Assembly: GCA_031547945.1 (NCBI GenBank)
Contig: JAVBRN010000005.1
Coordinates: 18,585-50,584 of the forward strand
Origin: Oscillospiraceae bacterium
Lineage (GTDB): Bacteria > Bacillota > Clostridia > Oscillospirales > Ruminococcaceae
Length of the DNA: 32,000 nucleotides
Reading direction: 5' to 3'
A model generated the notes under the pieces. That model was not told where the DNA came from. It ran no database searches and was given only the letters and a program-made list of their open reading frames with translations. Shown here piece after piece: positions 8,406 to 19,885 of this stretch (the stretch's first letter is position 1; each line of letters opens with the position of its first letter). The position numbers were made by a program, and so were the translations under genes.

Positions 8406-9776
8406 TTATTTGCCCACGCAAAATGTTGAAAAGACTTCGTCGAGCACCGTTTCCGTGATCGTTTCACCGGACAACTCTGCCAACGCGGCCAGCGCCTCAC
8501 TTAAAAGCGCGTAGACCACATCGAGCGTCGTCTGCTCGCTTGCCACCAGCGCATCGGCGATTGCCACATGTGCCTGCAGCGCACAACCGCGCTGCCGCTC
8601 GTTTGCAAGCAGTGGTTCGTTCGGATCCAGATGGTCGATCTGGACAGCGTGCGCTACCGCGGTGTCAAGCGTCTCAAGCGCAGTCGCGTCATTGGCGCTG
8701 ATATAAATGACGTCCATAAAGGTCTGCTCGATTTCCGCTGTGTCCAGCCGCTGTTCCAAATCGGTCTTGTTGACCACCGCGACCACCCGTTTGTCTTTGA
8801 CCAGTTCGATCACGCGCCGGTCGTCGTTGTCGAGCGCACGCGACGCATCAAAGACCGCCAGCACCAAACTCGCATCCCCCAGCCGGGCCATCGCGCGTTC
8901 GATCCCGAGCATCTCCACTTCGTCGCTGCTCTCGCGAATGCCTGCAGTATCGGCCAGCAACAACGTCGTGCCGCCCAAGCGCACCTGCTGCTCTACGATA
9001 TCCCGTGTTGTGCCGGCAACCGGCGTCACAAGCGCCTTTTGCGCGCCCGCCAGCAGGTTGAGCAATGTGCTCTTTCCCACATTGGGGCTGCCCGCGATTA
9101 CCGTCGGTACACCGCGCAGCACGCTGGCGCCGATATCATAACTTGCCAGCAGTTTTGCCATCGTCACTTCAAGCGCGCGCAACGCGCGCATCAGCTGTGC
9201 TTGATCGACCGGGTCAACATCTTCCTCCGGAAAATCAATATAGGCGGTAATATGCGCCTGCAGGGAAAGAATTTGCTCTTTTAAGGCAGTGATTTTGCGG
9301 TAGAGCGCGCCGTTCTGCAGCGCGGCAGCCGCGCGTTCGCCCTGTTGAGACGTTGCATGAATCAAATCGCACACCGCCTCGGCCTGTGTGAGCGTTAAAC
9401 GTCCATTCAACAGCGCGCGGCGTGTAAATTCTCCTGGCCCCGCCATGACCGCGCCGGCGATTAACAGCTCGCGCAGCACTGCCTCGCACACGACCTCGCC
9501 GCCGTGGCACATCAGCTCCACAGCGTCCTCGCCGGTATAGCTTTTTGGCGCGTGAAAAACCAGCGCAATCGCTTCGTCCACAATTTGTCCGTCAGACGCG
9601 ATTACATTGCCCAGGCGCGCCGTATAGCCTTTGACCTCGCGCAGCGATCCGCCGCTTTTCGTACGAAATATGCTGTCGGCAATCGTATGCGCCGCGCCGC
9701 CCGAAAGCCGCACGATACCAATGCCGCCCGCCCCCGCCGGCGTCGCAATCGCCGCAACCGTCTCGCTTTGTTGCAT
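8406..9776 (-). CDS. mnmE: tRNA modification GTPase MnmE (TrmE)
   Basis: 456 aa with G1 GSPNVGKSTLLN, G3 DTAGIR, G4 NKTD and the C-terminal CVGK tetrapeptide. Confidence 0.96.
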   Translation of the reverse strand: MQQSETVAAIATPAGAGGIGIVRLSGGAAHTIADSIFRTKSGGSLREVKGYTARLGNVIASDGQIVDEAIALVFHAPKSYTGEDAVELMCHGGEVVCEAVLRELLIAGAVMAGPGEFTRRALLNGRLTLTQAEAVCDLIHATSQQGERAAAALQNGALYRKITALKEQILSLQAHITAYIDFPEEDVDPVDQAQLMRALRALEVTMAKLLASYDIGASVLRGVPTVIAGSPNVGKSTLLNLLAGAQKALVTPVAGTTRDIVEQQVRLGGTTLLLADTAGIRESSDEVEMLGIERAMARLGDASLVLAVFDASRALDNDDRRVIELVKDKRVVAVVNKTDLEQRLDTAEIEQTFMDVIYISANDATALETLDTAVAHAVQIDHLDPNEPLLANERQRGCALQAHVAIADALVASEQTTLDVVYALLSEALAALAELSGETITETVLDEVFSTFCVGK

Positions 9777-9835
9777 AGCACGTTACCTTTCAACAAGTGT
9801 TTTTGGGGTTGTTAGAAACTTTTTGCACGCAAAAA

Positions 9836-9888
9836 GGGTCAAATGATCTGTGTGACAGCATCCGCGATCACACACCGACCTTTGACCC
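9836..9888. terminator. bipartite hairpin with T-runs on both strands, between jag and mnmE
   Basis: Outer stem GGGTCAAA/TTTGACCC, inner stem TGTGTGA/TCACACA. It is followed by GGTGTTTTATTTTTT on the plus strand and TTTTTGCG on the minus strand. Confidence 0.45.
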
Positions 9889-9934
9889 CGGTGTTTTATT
9901 TTTTCTTTTTCGCTTTGAGCTCGCCAAGACGCTC

Positions 9935-11020
9935 TTACAGGTCAATCTTCCCATACAGTTTGGAAGGATCGATATCGCTCTTTGGCGCGCTTGATGCGCT
10001 CTCTGCTCCGCCGTTATTCGCGGGTTGCCCGTTTCGGTAGGCGGCATCTCTGCGGTTGTTCTTGTTGTAATCGCGGCGATCCCGGTTGTGTCCGCCGTTG
10101 CCGCCGTATTTGCTGTTTCCGCCTTTTTTGCGATCGCCGCCGCGATGGTCGTTGCCGCGTCCGCCGCGATTGCGGTTGCCTTTGCCACCGCTGATCATCG
10201 AAATCACAACGCGGCGATTGGGTTCGGTGCCGACCGATTCCGATTTGACGCCTTCAATTCTTTGAATTGCACTGTGCACAATGCGCCGTTCATAGGGGTT
10301 CATTGGCTCCAATGTCTGGTTATACAATGTCTTTTTTACTTTTTCGGCCTCGCGCGCCGCAAGTGCCTGCAACGTTTTGGCACGTTTGCTGCGGTAGTTT
10401 GCAACATCCAGCATGATCTTGCAGTAATCGCCTTCCGTACGGCTGCTGACGAGCATGCACAAATATTGTAACGCATCCATCGTTTCGCCACGGCGACCGA
10501 TGACAAGCGCACTGTCTTCGCCGTCAATGACAAATTTGACGCCGCGCGCGGTTTTAAATGCGGTATACGTGAGCTGGGTTGCACCCATCTTTGCCGAAAC
10601 AGCCTGGAAATATTCCAGCGCGGCTTTGGCAGGGGCGGTCAGATCCGCGAGCAAAACTTCTTCAAGCGGTTCTTCTGGTTCCTCTTCAAACTGTTCCGAA
10701 TCCATTGCTGGCTGTTTTGGCTGCGGTTGCGCAACACGCTGCTGCGGTGGTTTGGCCACTGGCCGGTTGTTGCGGTCTTTCGGGCTGCGCTCTTCGGAGA
10801 GGTCTTCCTGCTTTGCTTGCTGATCACGCAATAGATCTTTCATCGTGAACGCAGCATCCAGCGGTGTCACTTTCACCTTTGCAGGCGATGTACCGAACAG
10901 CTTTTTCTGGGGCAACTCGATAATTTCATAGGTCACGTCATCGCGGGTAAGCCCAAACTGGGCGCATGCATTATCTACCGCTTCGTCGACCGTACTGCCC
11001 ATTGCAACGATCTCTTGCAT
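9935..11020 (-). CDS. jag: Jag/KhpB RNA-binding protein (Jag_N, KH and R3H domains) with a long acidic/proline linker and an ~84-aa Arg/Gly/Asn-rich C-terminal tail
   Basis: Jag_N GSTVDEAVDNACAQFGL, KH VIGRRGETMDALQYL, R3H MNPYERRIVHSAI. It sits downstream of yidC, as in other Firmicutes. Tail: GGKGNRNRGGRGNDHRGGDRKKGGNSKYGGNGGHNRDRRDY... Confidence 0.85.
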   Translation of the reverse strand: MQEIVAMGSTVDEAVDNACAQFGLTRDDVTYEIIELPQKKLFGTSPAKVKVTPLDAAFTMKDLLRDQQAKQEDLSEERSPKDRNNRPVAKPPQQRVAQPQPKQPAMDSEQFEEEPEEPLEEVLLADLTAPAKAALEYFQAVSAKMGATQLTYTAFKTARGVKFVIDGEDSALVIGRRGETMDALQYLCMLVSSRTEGDYCKIMLDVANYRSKRAKTLQALAAREAEKVKKTLYNQTLEPMNPYERRIVHSAIQRIEGVKSESVGTEPNRRVVISMISGGKGNRNRGGRGNDHRGGDRKKGGNSKYGGNGGHNRDRRDYNKNNRRDAAYRNGQPANNGGAESASSAPKSDIDPSKLYGKIDL

Positions 11021-11055
11021 AGAAATGCTCCTTTCGGGTTATTAAAATAGCGGCG

Positions 11056-12252
11056 CTATTTTTTCTTCTTTTTTTGGTTGTGCGCTGTTTCCGCTTCCTC
11101 GCGCTGTGCGCTGTCCATTTCTGCTTTATCTTTCGCCGGCTTTGTTTCCTCCGTCTCCGCCGTTTCGCGATCGGTGACGCTGTCTTTATAGCGCTCTTCG
11201 TCCAGTTCACGCGCCTTTTGCAAACGCAGTTTTGCCAATTCTGCGGTTGTCATCGTTTTTTCCACCGTCTGGCCGGTCGCTTTGTCTTTTACTTTGACGG
11301 TGTGCTTTTCTTTTTTGGATTTGGCCTTTTTCATGGCCTCATACTTGTCCAGCGTTTCCTGCTTTATCTTCTCAGTGTCAACAAATTTACGCAGCAGCGC
11401 GGTCTGCCCAATGGTCAGCAAACTGCGGAACCCCCAGAACAAACTGAACGCCGCGGGATAGGTGAATGAAAACACGCCATACAGCGCCGCCATGCCAAAG
11501 GTCATCGCTTTGCCGGTTGCGCCACCCATGGCGCCGGAAACAGATTTGTTCATACGGTTGGTGACCAGCATGGAAATGACCATCGCGATAATAGAAAACG
11601 CAGGCAACAGCCAGAGCAACGACGGCTGGGAAATCATCGGCTTTTCCCAGAGGTGAACATTGCCGATGCTCATCTGCAAGCTGCGGATGCGCTCTAGGTC
11701 GGCCGCATACTGCGGGTTGGCCGCAAGTTCCGAAAATGCGCTGTAGTTTGTCTGCACATGCTGTATGATATATGTTTCTGTATAGCGCGGCACATCAATT
11801 TTGCCACCCATCAGGGTCGTGGTCACTGCGGTGAGTTTTGTCAGAAGGTCGGCGGGAATGCGCAACATGAATTTCAGCGGCGCATAGATAACTTCCACCA
11901 ATCCAAACATTAAGATTAGCGGAAATACCATTGGCAAACAACCGGAAAACGGGCTGATGCCCATCTCTTCCTGCAATTTTTGCATCTCTTGGTTCTGCCG
12001 GTTTTTATCATTTGAGAACGTTTTTTGTATGTTCGCCATCACGGACTGCATCGCGCCGGTGCGCGCTGTGGATTTCTGCTGCTTGATTGAAAGCGGAAAC
12101 ATCAGTGCCGTCGTGACAATCGAGAACAAAAACATCGCGAACACATAGGGAATGGGCAGATGCAGAACCTCATCCACAAAAAGATAACACCACCGCATAA
12201 TATAGCCCAGCGGAACCGCGAGCCATTGCCAGACCTGACCAAAAATATTCAT
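11056..12252 (-). CDS. yidC: membrane protein insertase YidC/SpoIIIJ family with a Lys/Glu-rich C-terminal tail
   Basis: It has the SGCLPMVFPLILMFGL motif, several TM helices and a basic tail ending in KKKKK. I prefer the ATG at 12252 (GGTGGAGG upstream) over the upstream in-frame start at 12297, which would overlap yidD. Confidence 0.9.
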   Translation of the reverse strand: MNIFGQVWQWLAVPLGYIMRWCYLFVDEVLHLPIPYVFAMFLFSIVTTALMFPLSIKQQKSTARTGAMQSVMANIQKTFSNDKNRQNQEMQKLQEEMGISPFSGCLPMVFPLILMFGLVEVIYAPLKFMLRIPADLLTKLTAVTTTLMGGKIDVPRYTETYIIQHVQTNYSAFSELAANPQYAADLERIRSLQMSIGNVHLWEKPMISQPSLLWLLPAFSIIAMVISMLVTNRMNKSVSGAMGGATGKAMTFGMAALYGVFSFTYPAAFSLFWGFRSLLTIGQTALLRKFVDTEKIKQETLDKYEAMKKAKSKKEKHTVKVKDKATGQTVEKTMTTAELAKLRLQKARELDEERYKDSVTDRETAETEETKPAKDKAEMDSAQREEAETAHNQKKKKK

Positions 12253-12272
12253 AAACTTTCGAGAACCTCCAC

Positions 12273-12527
12273 CTAACGCAAAGGCGTCCCCTTGCATTGT
12301 ACTTTTTTTCTTTTTTCGGGCACGGGATCATAACCGCCTTTGCACAGCGGATTGCAACGCAAGATTCGGTAAAAACTATAGACGAGACCCATAAACGCTC
12401 CATGGGTCTCTATGGCTTCAATTGCATATTGCGAACAGGTCGGCCGAAAGCGGCAGTGCGCGCCCAAACCGGGCGAAATATGCTTTTGGTAGAGCTGGAT
12501 GGTCCAGATTAAAAAGCGCTTTATCAT
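12273..12527 (-). CDS. yidD: membrane protein insertion efficiency factor YidD
   Basis: CRFRPTCSQYAIEAIETHG motif, small size, and position between rnpA and yidC. I prefer the ATG at 12527; the listed ORF start at 12548 is TTG. Confidence 0.88.
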   Translation of the reverse strand: MIKRFLIWTIQLYQKHISPGLGAHCRFRPTCSQYAIEAIETHGAFMGLVYSFYRILRCNPLCKGGYDPVPEKRKKVQCKGTPLR

Positions 12528-12557
12528 GTCAACATTTCCGATCGACAAAAGGGCTCC

Positions 12558-12923
12558 CTACTGCGTGCTGTTTTGCAATCCGCTGCCCGGAATGACGCCA
12601 GCCTTCTCCAAATGTCCGCGCAGAACCTTTTGGATCTGGGTCGATTTCTTTGAGAGAATCGCTTTCCGGCACACAAACACGATGTCGTAATGGCCGTCTG
12701 CTCCGCGCAACAGCGCGGCTGCGGCAGCTTTTACGACTCTTCGCGCGCGGTTGCGCTGTACGGCGCCCCCTATTTTTTTGCTCGCGGTAATCCCCATCTG
12801 CACGCCGCCGTACCGGCGCCGCACCACATAGGTGACCACAAAAGGCGAGACAAAACACAGTTTGCTTCGATAGGCCCGCGTAAACTGAAAATTCTTGTTT
12901 ATCGGGCGCGGCAGTTGTGCCAT
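12558..12923 (-). CDS. rnpA: ribonuclease P protein component
   Basis: 121 aa with the basic RNR motif region ASKKIGGAVQRNRARRVVK, directly downstream of rpmH. Confidence 0.9.
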   Translation of the reverse strand: MAQLPRPINKNFQFTRAYRSKLCFVSPFVVTYVVRRRYGGVQMGITASKKIGGAVQRNRARRVVKAAAAALLRGADGHYDIVFVCRKAILSKKSTQIQKVLRGHLEKAGVIPGSGLQNSTQ

Positions 12924-12965
12924 CTGCTTAAAAATAAGAGCCAGCCCGCTGTTACGGTTGGCTCT

Positions 12966-13100
12966 TTAAGCACTGAGGCGAGCTCTGCCGCGAGCGCGAC
13001 GGCGCGCCAATACTTTGCGGCCATTGCGGGTGGACATGCGTTTTAAAAAACCATGTTCGCGCGAACGGCTGCGCTGTTTCGGATGATAGGTCGGTTTCAT
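12966..13100 (-). CDS. rpmH: 50S ribosomal protein L34
   Basis: Not in the ORF track because it is shorter than 60 aa. My translation is [44 protein letters not shown] (44 aa), with AAAGGAG 8 nt upstream of the ATG. Confidence 0.93.
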   Translation of the reverse strand: MKPTYHPKQRSRSREHGFLKRMSTRNGRKVLARRRARGRARLSA

Positions 13101-13143
13101 GAAATTACTTACTCCTTTAAAATAGATCCTTGCAGAAAATAAG

Positions 13144-13171
13144 TATATATGATAAGGAATTTACTTGTCAA
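13144..13171 (-). promoter_or_regulatory. sigma-A-type promoter for the rpmH-rnpA-yidD-yidC-jag string
   Basis: The minus strand reads TTGACA-16 nt-TATATA (or TTGACA-18-TATACT), about 40 nt upstream of the rpmH ATG. Confidence 0.5.
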
Positions 13172-13381
13172 GGTGGATTTTATGGATATCCGCCTGTTTT
13201 GGGGCATCTGTCTTCTTTTTGTCTCAAAAAATGATACAGTTCCGCTGTCTTTGTTATAAATCTGTTTTCGTTTTTTGATGTTGTTCTATTATACCATGCT
13301 GCTACAAAAAAGACCATGCCATCTTTTGGCGCGCAGCGGATAATAACCTGTCTTTTCCCCTGGATTCCTTGCCCTTTTTTG

Positions 13382-13410
13382 TTGAAACAGGACATGTTTT
13401 ATGTTATACT
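13382..13410 (+). promoter_or_regulatory. candidate dnaA promoter
   Basis: TTGAAA (13382..13387), 17-nt spacer, TATACT (13405..13410), about 130 nt upstream of the dnaA ATG. Confidence 0.45.
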
Positions 13411-13538
13411 GTCTACAGTGTATTATAATATGTAATATTTTAAAGAATTGGTGTGCGGAAAAGAACAAAGATTTCGAAAAATCTCTTGTTCTTTTTTTAG
13501 GAGTTCTCCCCATTTTTTTGTTATCAAAGGGGTTTTTT

Positions 13539-14840
13539 ATGGAGTCGTTTGAACAGGTTTTTGCTGCCGTGAAAACATATTGCCGTGAATCGGAATCCGA
13601 AACAATCTACAATCTCTGGCTGCAAGGCATTGAGCCCGTTTCCTATACGGACGGGATCGCGACGCTCTCGGTAAGCACGGATTTTATCAAAGCTACTGTT
13701 GAAGATCGCTATTTAGTGCTTGTCCAGCGTGGGTTTCAGCAAGTGATGGGGTTTGACGTTCCCGTCCAAATTGTCAGCCGCGCTTCGGTGCCGGCGACCG
13801 CACAGGTTGTGCCCACACAGACACCGGAAGAATCGTATACCTTTGAAAATTTTATTGTTGGACAAGATAACCGCTTTGCCCACGCGGCGGCGCAGGCCGT
13901 CGCCGCAAATCCGGCGCGTGCTTATAATCCACTATTTATCTATGGCGCGTCCGGCCTTGGCAAAACACACCTGCTGCACGCCATCAAAAACGAATTAAAA
14001 AAAACAACCCCGTCCATTAAAGTTCTGTATATCGGCGGCGAGCAGTTCACCAACGAACTGATTGCCGCGATTGCCAGCGGCAATACCGAACCTTTTCACG
14101 ATAAATACCGTTCTGTCGATGTTTTGCTGGTGGACGATGTCCAGTTCATCGGTGGAAAAGAAGCGACACAGGAAGAGTTCTTCCACACCTTTAACGCGCT
14201 GCACAACGCGCAAAAACAAATTGTCCTCACCTCTGACCGTCCTCCAAAAGAGATCAAATCGTTGGAAGAACGGCTGCGCACACGCTTTGAATGGGGACTG
14301 CTTGCGGATGTACAGCCGCCGGATGTGGAAACGCGGATTTCTATTCTCTATCGCAAAGCGGAATTGCTTGGGCTGGAACTACCGTCCGATGTCGCCGATT
14401 TTATCGCGAACAACGTCAAAAGTGATATTCGTCAATTAGAGGGCGCTGTTAAAAAAATAAATGCTTATTTTCAAATGGATGGGATCACGCCATCAATCGG
14501 TCTTGCGCAAAACGCGATTCGCGACATTTTGTCCGAACAACAGCCCACACCGATCACAGTGGAAAAAATCATCGGCGAAGTTGCGCGGACCTTCAGCGTT
14601 TCCGCAGATGACATCCGGTCTTCTAAACAAAATGCTGCTGTCTCCGCCCCGCGGCAGATCTCTATGTATATTGTTCGTGAGGTGACAGGTATGACCATGG
14701 AAAAGATTGGTCAGGAGTTTGGCGGCCGCAACCATGCAACCGTTGTCTACGCAATCAGCAAAGTGGAAAAACAGATGGAGACCGATTCCCGCACGCGGGA
14801 ACTCGTGGAAGACATCATTAAAAACAGCCGGGGTTCCTAA
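13539..14840 (+). CDS. dnaA: chromosomal replication initiator protein DnaA
   Basis: Walker A GASGLGKTHLLHA, LLVDDVQF, and the C-terminal DNA-binding region GGRNHATVVYA. The start is set at MESFEQVF (ATG 13539, AAAGGGG 6 nt upstream) rather than the upstream in-frame start at 13401. Confidence 0.96.
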   Translation: MESFEQVFAAVKTYCRESESETIYNLWLQGIEPVSYTDGIATLSVSTDFIKATVEDRYLVLVQRGFQQVMGFDVPVQIVSRASVPATAQVVPTQTPEESYTFENFIVGQDNRFAHAAAQAVAANPARAYNPLFIYGASGLGKTHLLHAIKNELKKTTPSIKVLYIGGEQFTNELIAAIASGNTEPFHDKYRSVDVLLVDDVQFIGGKEATQEEFFHTFNALHNAQKQIVLTSDRPPKEIKSLEERLRTRFEWGLLADVQPPDVETRISILYRKAELLGLELPSDVADFIANNVKSDIRQLEGAVKKINAYFQMDGITPSIGLAQNAIRDILSEQQPTPITVEKIIGEVARTFSVSADDIRSSKQNAAVSAPRQISMYIVREVTGMTMEKIGQEFGGRNHATVVYAISKVEKQMETDSRTRELVEDIIKNSRGS

Positions 14841-15067
14841 AAAATTATCAACTGTTTATTTAACGATTAACAGCTTTTTTTCAACTGTTCGACATCTTCT
14901 TTGTGATACCTTGTTGTTTCCACAATTCTTTCACATTCGGTTCTGTTTTTTGAACGGCCAGCATATATGCGCCGTCATCGCAATTTATTCCACTTTTAAC
15001 AATTTTAACAGGCCCTACTACTACTTCTATCTAACAGTTTCTAGAAAGAGAGAAATGGAGAGCAATT
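14841..15067. other. dnaA-dnaN spacer: candidate oriC unwinding module with a DnaA-trio-like array
   Basis: GC cluster GGCCC (15011..15015) is followed directly by CTA CTA CTA CTT CTA TCT (about 15014..15033), which is TAG repeats on the other strand. Degenerate boxes lie upstream: GTTTCCACA (14917..14925), TTATCAACT (14845..14853) and TTATTCCAC (14986..14994). Confidence 0.45.
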
Positions 15068-16177
15068 ATGAAAATGACCTGTGATCGCAGTGAACTGCTT
15101 GAAGCTTTGACCGGTGTGTCCAAAGCCGTAAGCGCAAAATCTTCGATTCCAGCCATAGAGGGGATTTTGTTTAAATGTACAAATTACACTGCGACGCTGA
15201 CTGCATATGATTTGGAGATTGGAATTACGACATCGGTGACGGCACAAATAGAGAATCCGACGGATATCGTCATCAATGGAAAGCTCCTGATCGATATGAT
15301 TCGGAAAATAGAAGCAGACAGTGTGACCATCGAAACAACAGAAGAACTGAAAATCACAATCAAAGGCGGATTAACCCAATTTACAATTATGGGCATTCCG
15401 GCGTCCGATTTTCCGGAACTGCCTGTGCCGGAAGCCGAGGATACGATGTTGATTCCCGGCGCTGTGTTGCGTGAGATGATCGGAAAAACCATCTATGCTG
15501 TTTCTACAAGCGACCAGAAACCGGTACATACCGGCACAAAATTTATTTTGCAAAATAATGAGTTAACGATGGTTTCCGTCGACGGTTTTCGGCTGGCGGA
15601 ATGTAAAAAGAGTGATGTAACAATCAAAAGCGAAACATCATTTGTGGTGCCCGCAAAAACGCTGGTCGAAATCAGCCGCCTGATAGGAGACGGAGAAGAG
15701 GAAGTCAGCATTGGAACCGCGCGTCGGTACGGCGTCTTTAAGCTTTCTAATTATACCGTTGTAACACGGCTGCTCGAAGGAGATTTTCTCGATTATACAA
15801 AGTCGATCCCACAGGGATACCGGACGCGCGTTAAAATCAACGTACATTCCCTATACGACGCGGTAGAGCGCGCCTCTTTGATTATCAGCGACCGTTTTAA
15901 AAGCCCGGTCTGTATGGTATTTGAAGACCATTTTGTGCAGATCAGCTGTGTGACCGCGTTGGGCAACGCTTCCGACGAGCTCTCCTGCGAGACAGAAGGG
16001 GAGGTCGTAGAGATTGGATTTAACAATCGTTATATTATGGACGCGCTGCGCAACAGCGGGGAGGAAGAAGTCTATATGGAACTTAGCGGACCGCTTTCCC
16101 CCATCAAAATTGTGCCGGTGGACGGCGACGAATTTCTCTTTTTGGTGCTGCCCATCCGCATCAAAAACGCACAGTGA
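15068..16177 (+). CDS. dnaN: DNA polymerase III beta sliding clamp
   Basis: 369 aa with three-domain clamp length, GGAG 7 nt upstream, and canonical position after dnaA. Confidence 0.96.
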   Translation: MKMTCDRSELLEALTGVSKAVSAKSSIPAIEGILFKCTNYTATLTAYDLEIGITTSVTAQIENPTDIVINGKLLIDMIRKIEADSVTIETTEELKITIKGGLTQFTIMGIPASDFPELPVPEAEDTMLIPGAVLREMIGKTIYAVSTSDQKPVHTGTKFILQNNELTMVSVDGFRLAECKKSDVTIKSETSFVVPAKTLVEISRLIGDGEEEVSIGTARRYGVFKLSNYTVVTRLLEGDFLDYTKSIPQGYRTRVKINVHSLYDAVERASLIISDRFKSPVCMVFEDHFVQISCVTALGNASDELSCETEGEVVEIGFNNRYIMDALRNSGEEEVYMELSGPLSPIKIVPVDGDEFLFLVLPIRIKNAQ

Positions 16178-16395
16178 TGCGCCAGATAACGATCGAAACA
16201 GAATATATTACACTTGCGGCATTTTTAAAATTTGCAGGTGCCGCTATGAGCGGCGGTGAGGCAAAAGCACGAATCACCGCGGGAGAAGTCTTTGTCAACG
16301 ATGAAATCTGCAGGCAAAGAGGGAAAAAACTAGTTGCCGGCGATCGTGTCCGCATGGATAACGACAGCTATGAGGTTGTGCAATCATGTACTTAA
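16177..16395 (+). CDS. yaaA: S4-domain RNA-binding protein YaaA
   Basis: 72 aa with an S4-like sequence (ITLAAFLKFAGAAMSGGEAKARITAGEVFVNDEICRQRGKKLVAGDRV). The ATG overlaps the dnaN stop (TGATG). Position between dnaN and recF matches Bacillus. Confidence 0.8.
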   Translation: MRQITIETEYITLAAFLKFAGAAMSGGEAKARITAGEVFVNDEICRQRGKKLVAGDRVRMDNDSYEVVQSCT

Positions 16396-17477
16396 TCTCT
16401 CACAACTGCATCAATTACCGCAATATCGAGCAGATGTCCTTTTTTCCAAGCAAAGGGGTGAATGTAATCAGCGGGGAAAATGGCCACGGCAAAACCAACC
16501 TGCTCGAAAGCGTTTTTCTTTTGACGGGCGCGCGCAGTTTCCGCGGTGGCAAGGATGCCTCTCTCATCCGGGCAGACGCAGAATTTGCGGCCGTGACATC
16601 GTCGTTTTTTTGTGAGGAGCGCGCACAGACGATATCTCTGAAAATTTCTTCGGAAAAAGGACGCACGGCGAGTCTCAACAAAGGCAGCGAGGCCAATGCG
16701 GCGGCGCTGGTTGGTAAATTTTGCTGCGTTGTGTTTTCGCCGGAACATATGGAATTGGTCAAGGGTTCGCCCGAGACGCGGCGCCGTTTTTTAGATACCG
16801 CACTCTGCCAGATTTCGCCGACCTATTTCAGTAGTATTAAGAGATACAATCGGTTAGTCAAACAGCGCAATAGCCTGTTGAAAGATGCGCAGTATATCGG
16901 CGCGGCGTTCGAGATGCTTGATGTGCTCGATTCGCAGTTTGTTGACGTGGCTTGTGTGGTCACCGAGCAACGCCGCACGTTTGTCGCGGAATTGCTGCCG
17001 CTGGCGCAGCGCACCTACAGGATGCTCTCCGGCGCGCGCGAACAGTTGGATTTTTTTTACAAGTCGACGCTTTTCCCAAACGGCGAAGCCGATTTTGACG
17101 AAGGGTTACACACCATCGCAGATTCCAGGGCGGACGAGCTGCGCGCGGGGTATTCCATGGTCGGCCCGCACCGGGATGATATCACGATTTTACTCGACGG
17201 ACAGGACAGTAAATTGTTTGCCTCACAGGGACAGCAGCGCTGTATCGTGTTGAGCCTGAAACTGGCCGAGGCCGAACTGATGGAACTGAAGTTGTATGAA
17301 CGACCGGTGCTGTTGTTGGATGACGTGCTGTCCGAACTCGATGCGGCGCGCCAGGATTATCTAATCAGCAGCCTCACCGACACGCAGGCGATTATCTCAA
17401 GCTGTTCGCCCGAACTGATTGTCGCGCGCACCGACGCGCAAGTATTCCGGATGGAGAATGGACGGTTGCGCGGGTAA
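16386..17477 (+). CDS. recF: DNA replication and repair protein RecF
   Basis: Walker A GENGHGKTNLLES, signature SQGQQR, Walker B LLLDDVLSELD. Confidence 0.95.
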   Translation: MYLISHNCINYRNIEQMSFFPSKGVNVISGENGHGKTNLLESVFLLTGARSFRGGKDASLIRADAEFAAVTSSFFCEERAQTISLKISSEKGRTASLNKGSEANAAALVGKFCCVVFSPEHMELVKGSPETRRRFLDTALCQISPTYFSSIKRYNRLVKQRNSLLKDAQYIGAAFEMLDVLDSQFVDVACVVTEQRRTFVAELLPLAQRTYRMLSGAREQLDFFYKSTLFPNGEADFDEGLHTIADSRADELRAGYSMVGPHRDDITILLDGQDSKLFASQGQQRCIVLSLKLAEAELMELKLYERPVLLLDDVLSELDAARQDYLISSLTDTQAIISSCSPELIVARTDAQVFRMENGRLRG

Positions 17478-17658
17478 CTATGGTTTAGGATTGTGGTGCA
17501 ACAGCGGGAATCCCGTTGAATCAGGCAACTTCGTTGAGCGCAGGTTCCAAACCGACAGGATTCCAAAGAGGCGGCGCGCAGCAAGACAGGTAAAACTGCC
17601 GGGCTTTTCCTGCAAACGAGCCGTTGTCGAAACAAAAACGAGTAAAAGGAAACGATTC

Positions 17659-19884
<2,226 letters not shown>

Positions 19885-19885
<1 letters not shown>

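Larger units (their letters stand above)
13101..13538. other. rpmH-dnaA divergent intergenic region, the candidate left part of oriC and the dnaA control region
   Basis: This is the strand-switch point of the whole window. It is A+T-rich (13395..13450) and has only degenerate DnaA-box-like 9-mers: TATGGATAT at 13181..13189 on the plus strand (ATATCCATA on the minus strand), an overlapping A/T-rich near-match GGTGGATTTT at 13172..13181, and GCGGATAA at 13336..13343. Confidence 0.5.

Noticed and set aside
13401-13538. N-terminal 46-aa extension of dnaA in the ORF track (MLYCLQCIIICNILKNW...).
   Set aside because: The extension lies in the A/T-rich promoter region and has no RBS. The conserved DnaA N-terminus begins at MESFEQVF, which has a good RBS.
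17478-17658. The recF-remB spacer contains GTCGAAACAAAAACGAG, reminiscent of the repeat core GTCGACAAACAAAACCAGC.
   Set aside because: This is a single short, A-rich match. None of the other conserved blocks or hairpins are present, so it is most likely chance.
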